From assembly GCA_033977065.1 (NCBI GenBank), contig JAXCHI010000004.1, forward strand, positions 64,001 through 128,000: a stretch of DNA of 64,000 nt. Reading direction: 5' to 3'. The position numbers and the translations under genes are program-made. Shown here piece after piece: positions 1 to 9,437 of the stretch (position 1 is its first letter; every line of letters starts with the position of its first letter). The notes below the pieces were generated by a model. The model saw only the letters and a list, made by a program, of their open reading frames with translations, did no database searches and was not told the DNA's origin. The stretch is from Candidatus Algichlamydia australiensis. GTDB lineage: Bacteria; Chlamydiota; Chlamydiia; Chlamydiales; JAJFMI01.

Positions 1-387
1 CTCCCAGCCAAGACCCCAAGCGCCAATCGTTGGCGACTCCCAGTCATCATGCACAAAGCGCACGTCAATCCGCGAGCGATCAAAGCCAATGACTTCGAGC
101 GATTGCAAATAAAGTTCTTGAATGTTGGCCGGGGAGGGTTTCAGTACGACCTGCATTTGATGAAAGAGTTGTGTGCGGTTGGGATTCTCCCCGTAGCGTC
201 CATCTTGCGGGCGGCGAGACGGTTCTACATAGACGGTGTTGTAGGGCTCAGGTCCCAGTGCACGCAAAAAAGTTGCTGGATTAAAGGTCCCTGCGCCAGC
301 CTCCACATCGTGGCCTTGGCCGAGAGCGCAGCCCTTTTCTACCCAAAAATTTTGCAGACGCAGGATCATCTCTTGAAAAGTCAACAT
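1..387 (-). CDS. glyQ: Glycine--tRNA ligase alpha subunit (N-terminal part; runs off the window edge; usually fused glyQS in Chlamydiae)
   Basis: Own translation of the minus strand from ATG at 387: [15 protein letters not shown]...[41 protein letters not shown]...[16 protein letters not shown], the canonical GlyQ motifs. Not in the supplied ORF track. Confidence 0.97.
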   Translation of the reverse strand, partial: MLTFQEMILRLQNFWVEKGCALGQGHDVEAGAGTFNPATFLRALGPEPYNTVYVEPSRRPQDGRYGENPNRTQLFHQMQVVLKPSPANIQELYLQSLEVIGFDRSRIDVRFVHDDWESPTIGAWGLGWE

Positions 388-433
388 GGGTTTTATTGTA
401 GAATATTCTAACTAAATCTGCTAGATAGAAAGT

Positions 434-1216
434 GTGAGTAAAGAAAAGATTGTTCCCTCATTTAGCATTGTGATTTTAGCCAATGCGAGCGATTCCCATC
501 TTCTTAAAAGAACCCTTGATAGCGTGCTCTCGCAAAAAGGCCAACAATTCGAAATTTTACTTATAGATTCTCTTGTCGATCCCGTTGGTAAAGAACTCTC
601 CCACTACTTTCCAAGCATTGACTGCCACTACACAACCGTGAGCAATAATATTTTTCTTCGCATGAACAAAGGAATTACTCTTGCAAAGGGGGAGTATATC
701 CACTTTCTTCTGCCCGGGGAGTTTTATAACTCAGAGCTTGTTTTTGAGACTCTTAAGGGCGAAATTACAGAGCAAAGCTCTCCTGATTGCATTGTTTCAG
801 GGCTTCTAATGCGTGAATTTGGTAAGAAGGTTCCACACATTCACTTTCCGCAAATTAGCAGTATGGAGGAGGCGCAGCGTCACGAGAGCCTTCTTCCTTT
901 CTTTTTCAAAAAAGAACTTTTTGCCAAGATTGGTAAACTCTCACCACACTATCTCTATCAAGGAAATTTCGATTTTCTCTGCCGGCTTGCTGAGAAAAAA
1001 GACCTTACGATTACGCAGTTTCATCGCATTGTGACAGACTATGAGTTGCGCAAATTTTCGCCCAAGGCGGCGATTCAGGAGGCGATGGAGCGTCTTCAAG
1101 TTATTTACAAACATTTTGGTTTTGGCAGAGCTATGATTTGGTGGGTGGCACAGAATCACATACAATTTTTCAAATGGTGGTGGCGCAGTGTCAAGGAGGC
1201 TTTAGGCAAGAGTTGA
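434..1216 (+). CDS. Glycosyltransferase family 2 protein (divergent)
   Basis: FSIVI...RTLDSVLSQ...FEILLID...MNKGITLAKGEYIHFL is a GT2 N-terminal pattern; the DXD position is degenerate (LLPGE). Confidence 0.8.
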   Translation: MSKEKIVPSFSIVILANASDSHLLKRTLDSVLSQKGQQFEILLIDSLVDPVGKELSHYFPSIDCHYTTVSNNIFLRMNKGITLAKGEYIHFLLPGEFYNSELVFETLKGEITEQSSPDCIVSGLLMREFGKKVPHIHFPQISSMEEAQRHESLLPFFFKKELFAKIGKLSPHYLYQGNFDFLCRLAEKKDLTITQFHRIVTDYELRKFSPKAAIQEAMERLQVIYKHFGFGRAMIWWVAQNHIQFFKWWWRSVKEALGKS

Positions 1217-1232
1217 GTTAGATGTTCGGCTC

Positions 1233-1323
1233 CTTCTCGCTACGCCAAATCAAAAAACAGCCGCCACGCCGTATTAATCTATACTACCGTGACGGCTGTT
1301 TTTCGATTTTGCTTTGCGATAAG
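1233..1323. repeat. Long imperfect palindrome (36-nt arms, 30/36 complementary)
   Basis: Arm 1233-1268 cttctcgctacgccaaatcaaaaaacagccgccacg versus reverse complement of 1288-1323 cttatcgcaaagcaaaatcgaaaaacagccgtcacg. Confidence 0.85.
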
Positions 1324-1387
1324 AACCCGTTATGCCGCTTCGCGCATAATTAGTCTCAACTGGTCCCGCTGGGGCGCTTCGCGCGTT

Positions 1388-1801
1388 AACTAGTACTCTG
1401 TAACAGAAAATCTTAGTGTTTAATTTAAAAAAAACAGCCAATAGAGACAGTCGGGCAAATCCCCGCTGCCCTTTGAGCTTCACCTTGGCATGCCAAATTG
1501 CGTTTCGTCGGAAAACCGTGCAAAGCACTACTTCTTCCTCCTGCACCGCAATTTTTCAAAGCCAATCTGAAGCCATCGAGCGCATCGCGCGTTCATTCCC
1601 CACCCTCCACTTTGTTTCGGGAGGGGCCCCTTTCACGTCGCTTGCGCGGCTGTTTTTTTTGTTTTGCAGAAAACTTTGCAAGGTCTAGACAGCTTTTTCA
1701 ATCACATACAATCGCTTTACTTTTCACGTTTGGGATCCATTTTTATGCGAAGGCTTTGACGTAAAAAAAATGCTAAAAATTTCTGTTACAGAGTACTAGT
1801 T
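1388..1801. mobile_element. MITE-like non-autonomous element with perfect 22-bp terminal inverted repeats
   Basis: aactagtactctgtaacagaaa (1388-1409) is the exact reverse complement of tttctgttacagagtactagtt (1780-1801); inner inverted repeat aaaaaaacagcc/ggctgttttttt; no transposase inside. Confidence 0.75.
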
Positions 1802-1847
1802 GTCATTATTATAAACCTTTTGTTAAGATCAAAATGTAATTTTCAAT

Positions 1848-3224
1848 ATGGGGATTTTTATGGCATGCACTTCGGAATCCTTAAGTGGGTTTAGGGAAAA
1901 AAGAGTTGGTGAAAAGGCTTCTGTGGCATTACCGCCAGCTGAGATGTTTTCTTCTCGTCTTGATGAAAACATCCCTATTTCAAAAGAAAAATGGGCTGTT
2001 ACTTTGATTGTTGATGCGAACAGTCATCATGCTCGGCTGATTTTCGAAGGTTTGGACAAAGTCAATCAATTGTGGACAATCTTTGTTCATCTTACTGGGA
2101 ATAGTTCTGGTGTTAGACGTCTGTTTCAGGGCTGTTCGGGAGCAGTAGAGATGAAAGATATTACAGGAAAACCCATAAAGTTTGGAGAGCGTAGTAATAC
2201 TTGGGAAATCTCTGCCAGTTCAGGAAAAAGAGCTGTAGAGTACATTCAGTCTTATTGCAGTAAGTATTTTAATCCGGAGGACTCCCCTTCTGAAAGAGCC
2301 GTAATGAAAAAAAATGAAGCTCCCAAAAGTATTCCCTTTTTTATTACAGGGAATCAATCACTAATTACTAAATTTATCAATGATTTTACAAAAAAAGAAT
2401 TTCATAGCTGCATTACGTTTTCATTACACGTGCTTAGAAAAACAGGCATTACTTTCGAAAATCCCGGCGGTGTACTATTTACAGATACCTTAGACTTCGT
2501 AAGAAAAACTCAGGCAAAATTTAAAAAAACAGATCTAAAATTGGAAGATTTGTGCTGGTTTATCGCCGATGATGATATCGAAAGTATTCGAGAGCACTTT
2601 CCTCCAGAGCATACAAATGTAAATCAAATTATCGCCTTTCACCCAGAATCTCAAAAAATACTAGAGAACCTATCCCCTCTTATGGCGTCAATTTTATATG
2701 GAAGGGAAGACATCTTCAGAATGTTAGTTGAAGAGTATGGAGCCGATGTAAAATTTGCTAGCGAAATTGGTCTTACGCCTCTTTTTATTGCTCTTGTAGC
2801 TGCAAAATTTCCATTTGATCACCCCATCACAACGTATTTGATAAGTAATGGCTCTAAAAACCTTCTAGCCAACGAGGGGGATAAATTGGAGCCATCATTA
2901 TTTTTTTATGAGGGCATTGGGTCTCATACTATAGAACCCATCTTATTTAAAGTGCGTGATGATTTAAAAGCATTCGAAACCAATTTGATTGTTCTGGGGA
3001 TGAGGGAGTTAGATTTTTGTTTTCAAGATAGAACTGTTGTTTTTACTAAGATAAAAACTATAGAAGAAACCACTGGTAGGAAAAATTTAGTCTCGCGTTA
3101 TAAATTCCTCGATCGATTATATTCTCAACTAGAAAAGTTGTGCGATGCGCTTAATGTACCTTCTCCTCCATCATGCTCTCCTACTATCGAAATAAGTACA
3201 CCAGATGGAGACTTTAGTATTTAG
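1848..3224 (+). CDS. Ankyrin-repeat-containing protein, putative secreted effector
   Basis: Ankyrin-like segments LSPLMASILYGREDIFRMLVEEYGADVK and GLTPLFIAL...YLISNGS; ~230-aa unrecognised N-terminal domain. Confidence 0.7.
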   Translation: MGIFMACTSESLSGFREKRVGEKASVALPPAEMFSSRLDENIPISKEKWAVTLIVDANSHHARLIFEGLDKVNQLWTIFVHLTGNSSGVRRLFQGCSGAVEMKDITGKPIKFGERSNTWEISASSGKRAVEYIQSYCSKYFNPEDSPSERAVMKKNEAPKSIPFFITGNQSLITKFINDFTKKEFHSCITFSLHVLRKTGITFENPGGVLFTDTLDFVRKTQAKFKKTDLKLEDLCWFIADDDIESIREHFPPEHTNVNQIIAFHPESQKILENLSPLMASILYGREDIFRMLVEEYGADVKFASEIGLTPLFIALVAAKFPFDHPITTYLISNGSKNLLANEGDKLEPSLFFYEGIGSHTIEPILFKVRDDLKAFETNLIVLGMRELDFCFQDRTVVFTKIKTIEETTGRKNLVSRYKFLDRLYSQLEKLCDALNVPSPPSCSPTIEISTPDGDFSI

Positions 3225-3421
3225 GTTTTTTAAAATAGACAGCTTTGTTTTAGATACAGGGAGTTTTTCAGCCCACTTGGTGAAGGCCTGATTTTTCTAA
3301 GGAGATTGTATTTTCCCTACAAGAATGACTGCATTTTTTTCTGTTTAGAAAGATTTACTCCGTCACGGGTTTCATGAGCTCCATAAGCAATCCCTTAGTT
3401 TTTCTCCTTTATGATGGCATA

Positions 3422-3732
3422 GAAAAACTAAGTACGAATAACGTCTCAGAGAGACTGAACAAAGAAATGCGAAGAAGAGCAAGAGTATTAGGAGTATTCC
3501 CGAATACCAGTCACTGCTGAAGCTGACAACAGCAGTGGTAGTAGAAATCCACGAAGGATGGATAAGCGGGAGGAAGTACCTAACCTGAAATCAGCCCCAA
3601 ACAAAGACAGCTGCCTGAGAGAAGCCGCCAGATAGCTGGAAGCAGGCAGGTGGCTGCGCGGGAAAATTAGGATATAAAAAATAGCTTAAGAGAAAAAGAT
3701 TTCAAATTTTACAGACAAAGTGTTGCTTTATC
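3422..3732 (+). mobile_element. IS256-family remnant: frameshifted transposase C-terminus plus right end
   Basis: Translation KLSTNNVSERLNKEMRRRARVLGVFPN / frameshift / SLLKLTTAVVVEIHEGWISGRKYLT* (stop 3586-3588) matches IS256 transposase C-termini; followed by end-like sequence ttttacagacaaagtgttgctttatc. Confidence 0.8.
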
Positions 3733-3737
3733 ATAAG

Positions 3738-3800
3738 AGTACTCCGTAACAGAAAAAATTAGTGTTTAATTAAAAAAAGCTGTGCTAAATTTTTCTTTGA
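3738..3800. repeat. Degenerate second copy of the MITE left end
   Basis: agtactccgtaacagaaaaaattagtgtttaattaaaaaaagc closely matches agtactctgtaacagaaaatcttagtgtttaatttaaaaaaaac at 1392. Confidence 0.75.
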
Positions 3801-3859
3801 ATGCTCTTCTACTTGAGAAATTTCTTCTCCTTTTGTACTCTGGGTTAAGGATCTTTGTC

Positions 3860-4453
3860 ATGCAAATAGCTCTTGTTTTAACTCTTAGCCGAATTGTTCT
3901 CAGCCCGATTTTCATTTTGCTCTATCTCTACTACGAGTCGTGGGGAATTAGTTTACAGGTTTTGCCCTTTCTGCTCCTTGCGATTTTGGGTCTGTCGGAG
4001 TTAACAGATTTGCTTGATGGCTATTTTGCTAGGAAACTCAATCAGGTCACGGATCTTGGAAAAGTGTTGGATCCGATGGCGGATAGCATCACGCGCTTAT
4101 CGATCTTGTTTGCTTTCACAAGTGGCATTGTCAACTTGCCAATTTTGCTTGTGCTTGTTTTCTTTTATAGAGATAGTTTTATTAGCACGCTGCGGACGCT
4201 GTGCGCCCTAAGAGGTGTAGCCCTGAGCGCAAGAATTTCTGGAAAAATTAAAGCAGTCATTCAGGGATTAACGGTTTTAGTGGTTTTAGTGGCAATGGCT
4301 TGCTTTGCTTTCGGTGCGATTACATTAAAAGAGTTTCAATTGCTCAGCTTTTATGTGGTGCTCGTTGCAGCTCTTTACACTTTGCTCTCGGGCGTTGAGT
4401 ATCTTTGGGCCCACCGGGCTGCAATCAAACAAGCTTGGACTGGTAAACTTTAA
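3860..4453 (+). CDS. pgsA: CDP-diacylglycerol--glycerol-3-phosphate 3-phosphatidyltransferase
   Basis: LTLSRI and the TDLLDGYFARKLNQVTDLGKVLDPMAD motif; start moved to ATG 3860. Confidence 0.93.
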   Translation: MQIALVLTLSRIVLSPIFILLYLYYESWGISLQVLPFLLLAILGLSELTDLLDGYFARKLNQVTDLGKVLDPMADSITRLSILFAFTSGIVNLPILLVLVFFYRDSFISTLRTLCALRGVALSARISGKIKAVIQGLTVLVVLVAMACFAFGAITLKEFQLLSFYVVLVAALYTLLSGVEYLWAHRAAIKQAWTGKL

Positions 4454-5717
4454 TATATTCTTGAGCGGAGGCGGTCCAAGAATAATCTTGGTTTAAAACA
4501 TTTTTCACAAGTCCATCCCAATTTTCATAGGTAAAGGCGCGGTCGAGCGCACGAGTGAGCTCTTGAGCTTCTGGTTTTTCAAAGACGAATCCTGTTTTTC
4601 CCTCAGTAACGGTGTCAGCAAGGCCGCCCGTTTTGCGCACGATGGGAATGGCGCCGTAGCGCATAGCAAGCATCTGTGTGAGTCCGCACGGCTCAAAGAT
4701 CGAAGGAATGAGGATTAGATCTGCTGCTGCGTAGAGCTGATGGCCGAGCTCGTGATCAAATTTAAAATGAAAATGGACATTGGGGTTGTCTTTGTACTCT
4801 TCCTGCAGGGTTTCAAACTGTTTTTGCATGGCGGGTGTTGAAGGGGTGCCAAGCAGGATAAACTGGTTCCCCGTTTTGAGAGTATGGTGGAGGCCAGCGC
4901 GGATAAGATCGGGTCCTTTTTGTGGATCAAGTCGCGTGATGGCAGAGACAAGGCGGCCTTTAGGTGGGGCCATTTTGATTTTTTGTTGGAGTGTCTCACG
5001 ATTCTCTCTTTTGGCTTGGATCGTGTTGGGAGGGTAGTGAGTTGTGAGATTGGGATCGATGGAGGGATCCCACCACTCGGTATCGATGCCGTTCAGAATG
5101 CCGGTAATGCCTTTTTTCTTGAGGTAGGGTTGCAGGTTACAGCCTTTAGAGGTGGTAAGAATTTCTTTGGCGTAGGTAGGGGAGACGGTGGTTACAGCTG
5201 TTGCACTTTCAATGCCAGTGCGTAGAAGATTAGTTTGGTCGGGGTAGAGCGGATCGGGGAGGCCGATGCCAGCGGCGCAGAGGCCTTGGTGCTGCATATT
5301 GTGGATGGTCAGAACAGTTTTCTGTTTGGTGAGGGTGGTGATGTAGGAGGTGGGCCAGTCGTGAAGGTGGATCACATCGGCCTTTTCAATATAAGAGTTT
5401 GCAGCTTCGCAAAAGGCGAGAAAGCGAGCCGGGTCGTCGGGTTCGCCGTAGATGCGGGTGAGTGAAATTTTTTCTATTTCAAGGAGTGTGATCGGAATCG
5501 TCTCGACCATGCCTTTCCAAACTGTATAGGAGAGGTTCTTCTTTACTCTGTGAAGGTTTTTCACATGGCTTAAGAGAAGGCTATCGTATTTAGGTAGGAT
5601 TACTTCCACTTGGTGCCCCATACGAATCAACTCTTTAGAGAGTCCGTAGACCACGTCAGCTAACCCCCCAACTTTTGCGATGGGGTGCATTTCTGATGCG
5701 ACATGGATAATTTTCAT
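4425..5717 (-). CDS. glgA: Glycogen synthase
   Basis: SEMHPIAKVGGLADV, HLHDW, TIHN, GILNGID, PSIFEPCGLTQMLAMRYG motifs. Confidence 0.96.
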   Translation of the reverse strand: MKIIHVASEMHPIAKVGGLADVVYGLSKELIRMGHQVEVILPKYDSLLLSHVKNLHRVKKNLSYTVWKGMVETIPITLLEIEKISLTRIYGEPDDPARFLAFCEAANSYIEKADVIHLHDWPTSYITTLTKQKTVLTIHNMQHQGLCAAGIGLPDPLYPDQTNLLRTGIESATAVTTVSPTYAKEILTTSKGCNLQPYLKKKGITGILNGIDTEWWDPSIDPNLTTHYPPNTIQAKRENRETLQQKIKMAPPKGRLVSAITRLDPQKGPDLIRAGLHHTLKTGNQFILLGTPSTPAMQKQFETLQEEYKDNPNVHFHFKFDHELGHQLYAAADLILIPSIFEPCGLTQMLAMRYGAIPIVRKTGGLADTVTEGKTGFVFEKPEAQELTRALDRAFTYENWDGLVKNVLNQDYSWTASAQEYIKVYQSKLV

Positions 5718-8700
5718 TCTTGGTAGGGTTGTAGAGAAGAGGGACAGCTACATGAGGTGTCGCCTTCTTGTGCACACTCTACTTGGCAGTTTACATTTGG
5801 CCATGGGCTATCGGGTAGTTGCCCGAGGAGGAAGTAGCGATAGAATGGCTTCCAGAACATCTCATAGTTAGCAAAGAAGAATCGGGGATCTTCGTTGAGT
5901 ATGGTAATCAGATTGGGGAGTGTTGAGGAGGAACTCGGGCCATTTTTATAAAAAATCGTAAATGGGGTACCTCCAAGGCTGCTTGGGAAGTAGGTCTGCC
6001 AAATTTCTGTGGCAGAGTCGACAAAGAGCGTACCGGGAACAAATGTTGTTCCATTAATTAGAGCTAAGTCTGAAATAGAGTTTTGTGTGCGATCTGCAGT
6101 AAATATACGAAGAGTCGGTCCTCCAACACTTCCAACAGAGGAGTTTGCGTTCATGCTAAACTCACCGGGACCGACACTCGGCGATGAGGGAAAGCGATTG
6201 TCAACTACAATTGCTGTGTCACCTGTCCCTTCAGTTCGGATGCTCCCAAAGGGTTGCAGGGTAATGTCACGACCCGCTTTTACTGTTAGGTCGCCGCTCT
6301 GATTGTGAATCAATGCTTCTGAGAATGTCATGCCAAAATTTTGTCCAAATAGAAGGATATCTTGACTAGCTGTCACATTCAGTGTGCTCTCTGCGTTGAT
6401 TGTCGTATCCTCAGTTCCAGAGTATAAAGAGAGATTGCGCCCAACATTGATGGTTCCAGTATCGATTGCATTGACTAAGACACCTTCATCTTGTCCAAAG
6501 AGGAGAAAATCGCGCCCAATGTTTAATAGAAAGGTGCGTCCTGGTGTTGGTGTGTCTCCGTTTTGGACAATCGCAGCCTCTCCATTTCTTGACGTAACGT
6601 TAAAATCTCCACCGGTAGTAATGGTAAGCGAGCTGCGACTGGTTCCAGGAGAGGTGTTGGGATTTGCAATTGTATTGACTGTTTTTGCCCCAATAATAGC
6701 CAAATTCTCGTTAGCTGCAGAGAGTCCTCCAAGCAAGTTGAGGTTGGTTCCCGCTTGCACATCTATTTCGGAGATGTCAATTGCGCCAAAGCGCGCATTT
6801 GAAGTGGTGTTTACGTAGCCCCCAATGAAGGCAGCTCCTGAGGCGCCTCCAGCGTTCCCGGCTACAAGGTTGATCTCTCCTGTCGATTTGACCTTGACAG
6901 AGGCGTCTGAGATTGTGCAGGTGCGAGGAGATCCTCCACTAAACCGAGTGCGAAACCCGATCCCAGCAGCGGTGTCTTGATCAACCCCTCCATTAATTTC
7001 AAACTCATCCGCTTCAATAAGAATATTTCCCTCAAGAAAGAGGTTGCCTGTGACGTTTGAACCTCCATGTCCAATCAGTGCGTAAGCTTGCACCTCTACT
7101 CCACCTTGAAGAGTGACTTTTCCTGTAATGGGAACATAAGAGCCCGGTGTAGGCCCGCGAATATCTCCTCTTAATGTCACAACATCTGCGTCATCCACAT
7201 GAGTGTGACCGATTTGCGTAAAGCACTCAGTCTGCCCTGTTAAACCGCGAGCCGTTAAGGTAAGGTCGCGGCCAATGCTATTAATGATAATGTCACCCTC
7301 TTTTAATCCTGCAGTATTTCCTGCTGAACCTCCATGTCCAATAAGAGCAAAGCCATCATCTGCACCCGTATTCCCTGTTGCAGAAATGAGAGTAAGGTCC
7401 CTTCCCACAGTAAGGTAGATATCGCTATCAATTGAGGGGGCATTAAATCCAATTTGAGCAAAGGCGTCATCATTTGTGTCTCCCGCCTCAAGAATCAGAT
7501 CTCTTCCTGCAATAACGGTGACGTCTCCAAAGAGTGTTCCTATTCGCGAGCGAGACTGCCCATTTGTAGGTGTTGTGCTAGGCCCAATTTTGACATCGCG
7601 AGTTGCAGTTAAGGAGATATCTCCATTTATATTGTTCTCAATACGTCCTAAGATCGTCGCATCATTGCCCGCTGTGATGGTGATAGTTCCCGAGGTGCCT
7701 GTATTGATCTGCCCGGGCAAAGTTGTTGAGTTTCCAATGAAAAAATTATTTCCAGCATTAATATTGATTTGAACTGTGTTGTTGCAATCAAGGTTTGTTG
7801 CGGTGCTTACGTTAACATCCCCTGTGGTTGCTGTCATAGTAAAATTTTGCAAGTTTTCCACAAGCAAGTTATCTGAGATATTGATGTCTCTTGCCGCTGT
7901 AAAGGTCATGCTGTTGTTGTCGGTTAAGACAAAAGTAAAATCTGTGTCGGCGCTAACATTGATGTCTTGGTCGGCAATCAGCGTAAGTCCTCCTCCTCCC
8001 GCAGTTGCGTTGTAATCAAAAGCGGCAGTGAAGGAGATATCTCCAGAACCTGCAAAAGCTGAAGAGGTATTGATCGTCACATTTGAAGAGTTGAGCTCAG
8101 AGTAAAGGTCTGTATTGAGAATATTTGCTGAGCCAGCAGAAGGAACAAATACTCCTCCAACAAAAGCCCCTCCGCTTGTGGCAGCAGCAGAGATTGTAAT
8201 ATCTGTTGGATCGTAAAGAGTCATTCCGAGCTTGCCGGATGGCGCTCTTGTGCTTGTTTTTCCTCTTGGAATAAGATTTTCAACTCCTGAGACTTCAATA
8301 AGTCCCCCGTCGCCACAATTGGCGCCCGCTTCAGCGCTAAGCGACCCAAAAAAGCCTGTCACACCGTCAGACCATAGGACAATTGTTCCCCCATTGCCGC
8401 TCTCGTAACTATTTGCTGAAATCTTCGCATTCTCTCCCATGTAGGTGATTTTTGAATTGAGGAGTTGGGGCTCCTTTCCCTGAAATCCTCCCCCAATATA
8501 GACAGAGCCAGCGCCTTGATTTGAAGAGACATCGATTACAGATTCATCTTTCAAGTAGACTTCGTGACCGAGCAGCTGTACTTGTGAGCCTGGAGCAAGG
8601 ATTTTCCCCTTCTCTTCAACTAAAACTCGCGCTTTTTCTGCAATAAGAAAGACGCCGCTATCTGTTGAGTTTACCTCAGTAGCATCGATAATGCCTGTAT

Positions 8701-9391
8701 GACGGATAGCAAGAGAGTAGGGGTTGTTTTGCGCTTTGATTGTGACGCCTTTTCCCTCTAATCTTCCCGAGTTTTCTACAAGACCAGCAGACTCAACATC
8801 TGTTAAGATCGCAAGCTTTTCTGATTTATTGGGTGTAATCAGAATTTTATTTCCGCAGCCAATCGCAACGTGTCCCGACTTAGCTGAAACGCATCCTGAA
8901 TTTTTTACTTGATTTGCAATGAGGTAGACATTCCCACTCACTCCCTCAATCGTGCCCAAGTTCACAATTTCTCCACCGCTGCCAGTAAAGAGCATCTCCT
9001 GTTTGCCGAAGTAGTGGTCAGGGGAGTCGATCTGGTGAGTGGAGAGGAGAGAAGATTGCGCAGAAACCTTTCCCTCTTTTCCAACGACTATTCCATTTGG
9101 GTTGAGAAGGAAAATATGCCCATTTGACTCAAGTGTGCCTAAAATTTTTGTTGGATTTGTCAAAACGCGATTCAGGGTAGCGGAATCGCAGCTGGGTTGC
9201 ACAAAACGAAGAGTTTCTCCTTTTGGAACGTTTAACTCTTTCCATTTTAAATAGGTTTGCGATGAGTCCGTTTTGATCTCAAAGAGCTTTTTTCCTTTAG
9301 AAAAGTGTGCACTACCCCTTACAACCTCTGGATGTTGCGCAGAAATTGTAAACAGTACAGCAGTAGAATAGAGTAAAATTTTATTTATCAA
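5714..9391 (-). CDS. Two-partner secretion passenger (TpsA, filamentous-haemagglutinin N-terminal domain), 1225 aa
   Basis: Signal peptide; TPS domain (FVQPS..ATLNRV..ILGTLESNGHIFLLNPNGI); GG.IEVSG motif; beta-helical G/T/N-rich repeats (AGRDL, A.IGHGG). Confidence 0.9.
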   Translation of the reverse strand: MINKILLYSTAVLFTISAQHPEVVRGSAHFSKGKKLFEIKTDSSQTYLKWKELNVPKGETLRFVQPSCDSATLNRVLTNPTKILGTLESNGHIFLLNPNGIVVGKEGKVSAQSSLLSTHQIDSPDHYFGKQEMLFTGSGGEIVNLGTIEGVSGNVYLIANQVKNSGCVSAKSGHVAIGCGNKILITPNKSEKLAILTDVESAGLVENSGRLEGKGVTIKAQNNPYSLAIRHTGIIDATEVNSTDSGVFLIAEKARVLVEEKGKILAPGSQVQLLGHEVYLKDESVIDVSSNQGAGSVYIGGGFQGKEPQLLNSKITYMGENAKISANSYESGNGGTIVLWSDGVTGFFGSLSAEAGANCGDGGLIEVSGVENLIPRGKTSTRAPSGKLGMTLYDPTDITISAAATSGGAFVGGVFVPSAGSANILNTDLYSELNSSNVTINTSSAFAGSGDISFTAAFDYNATAGGGGLTLIADQDINVSADTDFTFVLTDNNSMTFTAARDINISDNLLVENLQNFTMTATTGDVNVSTATNLDCNNTVQININAGNNFFIGNSTTLPGQINTGTSGTITITAGNDATILGRIENNINGDISLTATRDVKIGPSTTPTNGQSRSRIGTLFGDVTVIAGRDLILEAGDTNDDAFAQIGFNAPSIDSDIYLTVGRDLTLISATGNTGADDGFALIGHGGSAGNTAGLKEGDIIINSIGRDLTLTARGLTGQTECFTQIGHTHVDDADVVTLRGDIRGPTPGSYVPITGKVTLQGGVEVQAYALIGHGGSNVTGNLFLEGNILIEADEFEINGGVDQDTAAGIGFRTRFSGGSPRTCTISDASVKVKSTGEINLVAGNAGGASGAAFIGGYVNTTSNARFGAIDISEIDVQAGTNLNLLGGLSAANENLAIIGAKTVNTIANPNTSPGTSRSSLTITTGGDFNVTSRNGEAAIVQNGDTPTPGRTFLLNIGRDFLLFGQDEGVLVNAIDTGTINVGRNLSLYSGTEDTTINAESTLNVTASQDILLFGQNFGMTFSEALIHNQSGDLTVKAGRDITLQPFGSIRTEGTGDTAIVVDNRFPSSPSVGPGEFSMNANSSVGSVGGPTLRIFTADRTQNSISDLALINGTTFVPGTLFVDSATEIWQTYFPSSLGGTPFTIFYKNGPSSSSTLPNLITILNEDPRFFFANYEMFWKPFYRYFLLGQLPDSPWPNVNCQVECAQEGDTSCSCPSSLQPYQE

Positions 9392-9437
9392 AACAAAAGT
9401 TATATTTATGCAACCCTACTAATAAATAAATAATCAT

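Noticed and set aside
49..411. 120-aa plus-strand ORF in the supplied track
   Set aside because: Antisense shadow of glyQ, which is clearly encoded on the minus strand
1274..1764. Three short ORFs (88-90 aa)
   Set aside because: They lie within palindromic/MITE-like DNA, have no recognisable motifs and overlap each other
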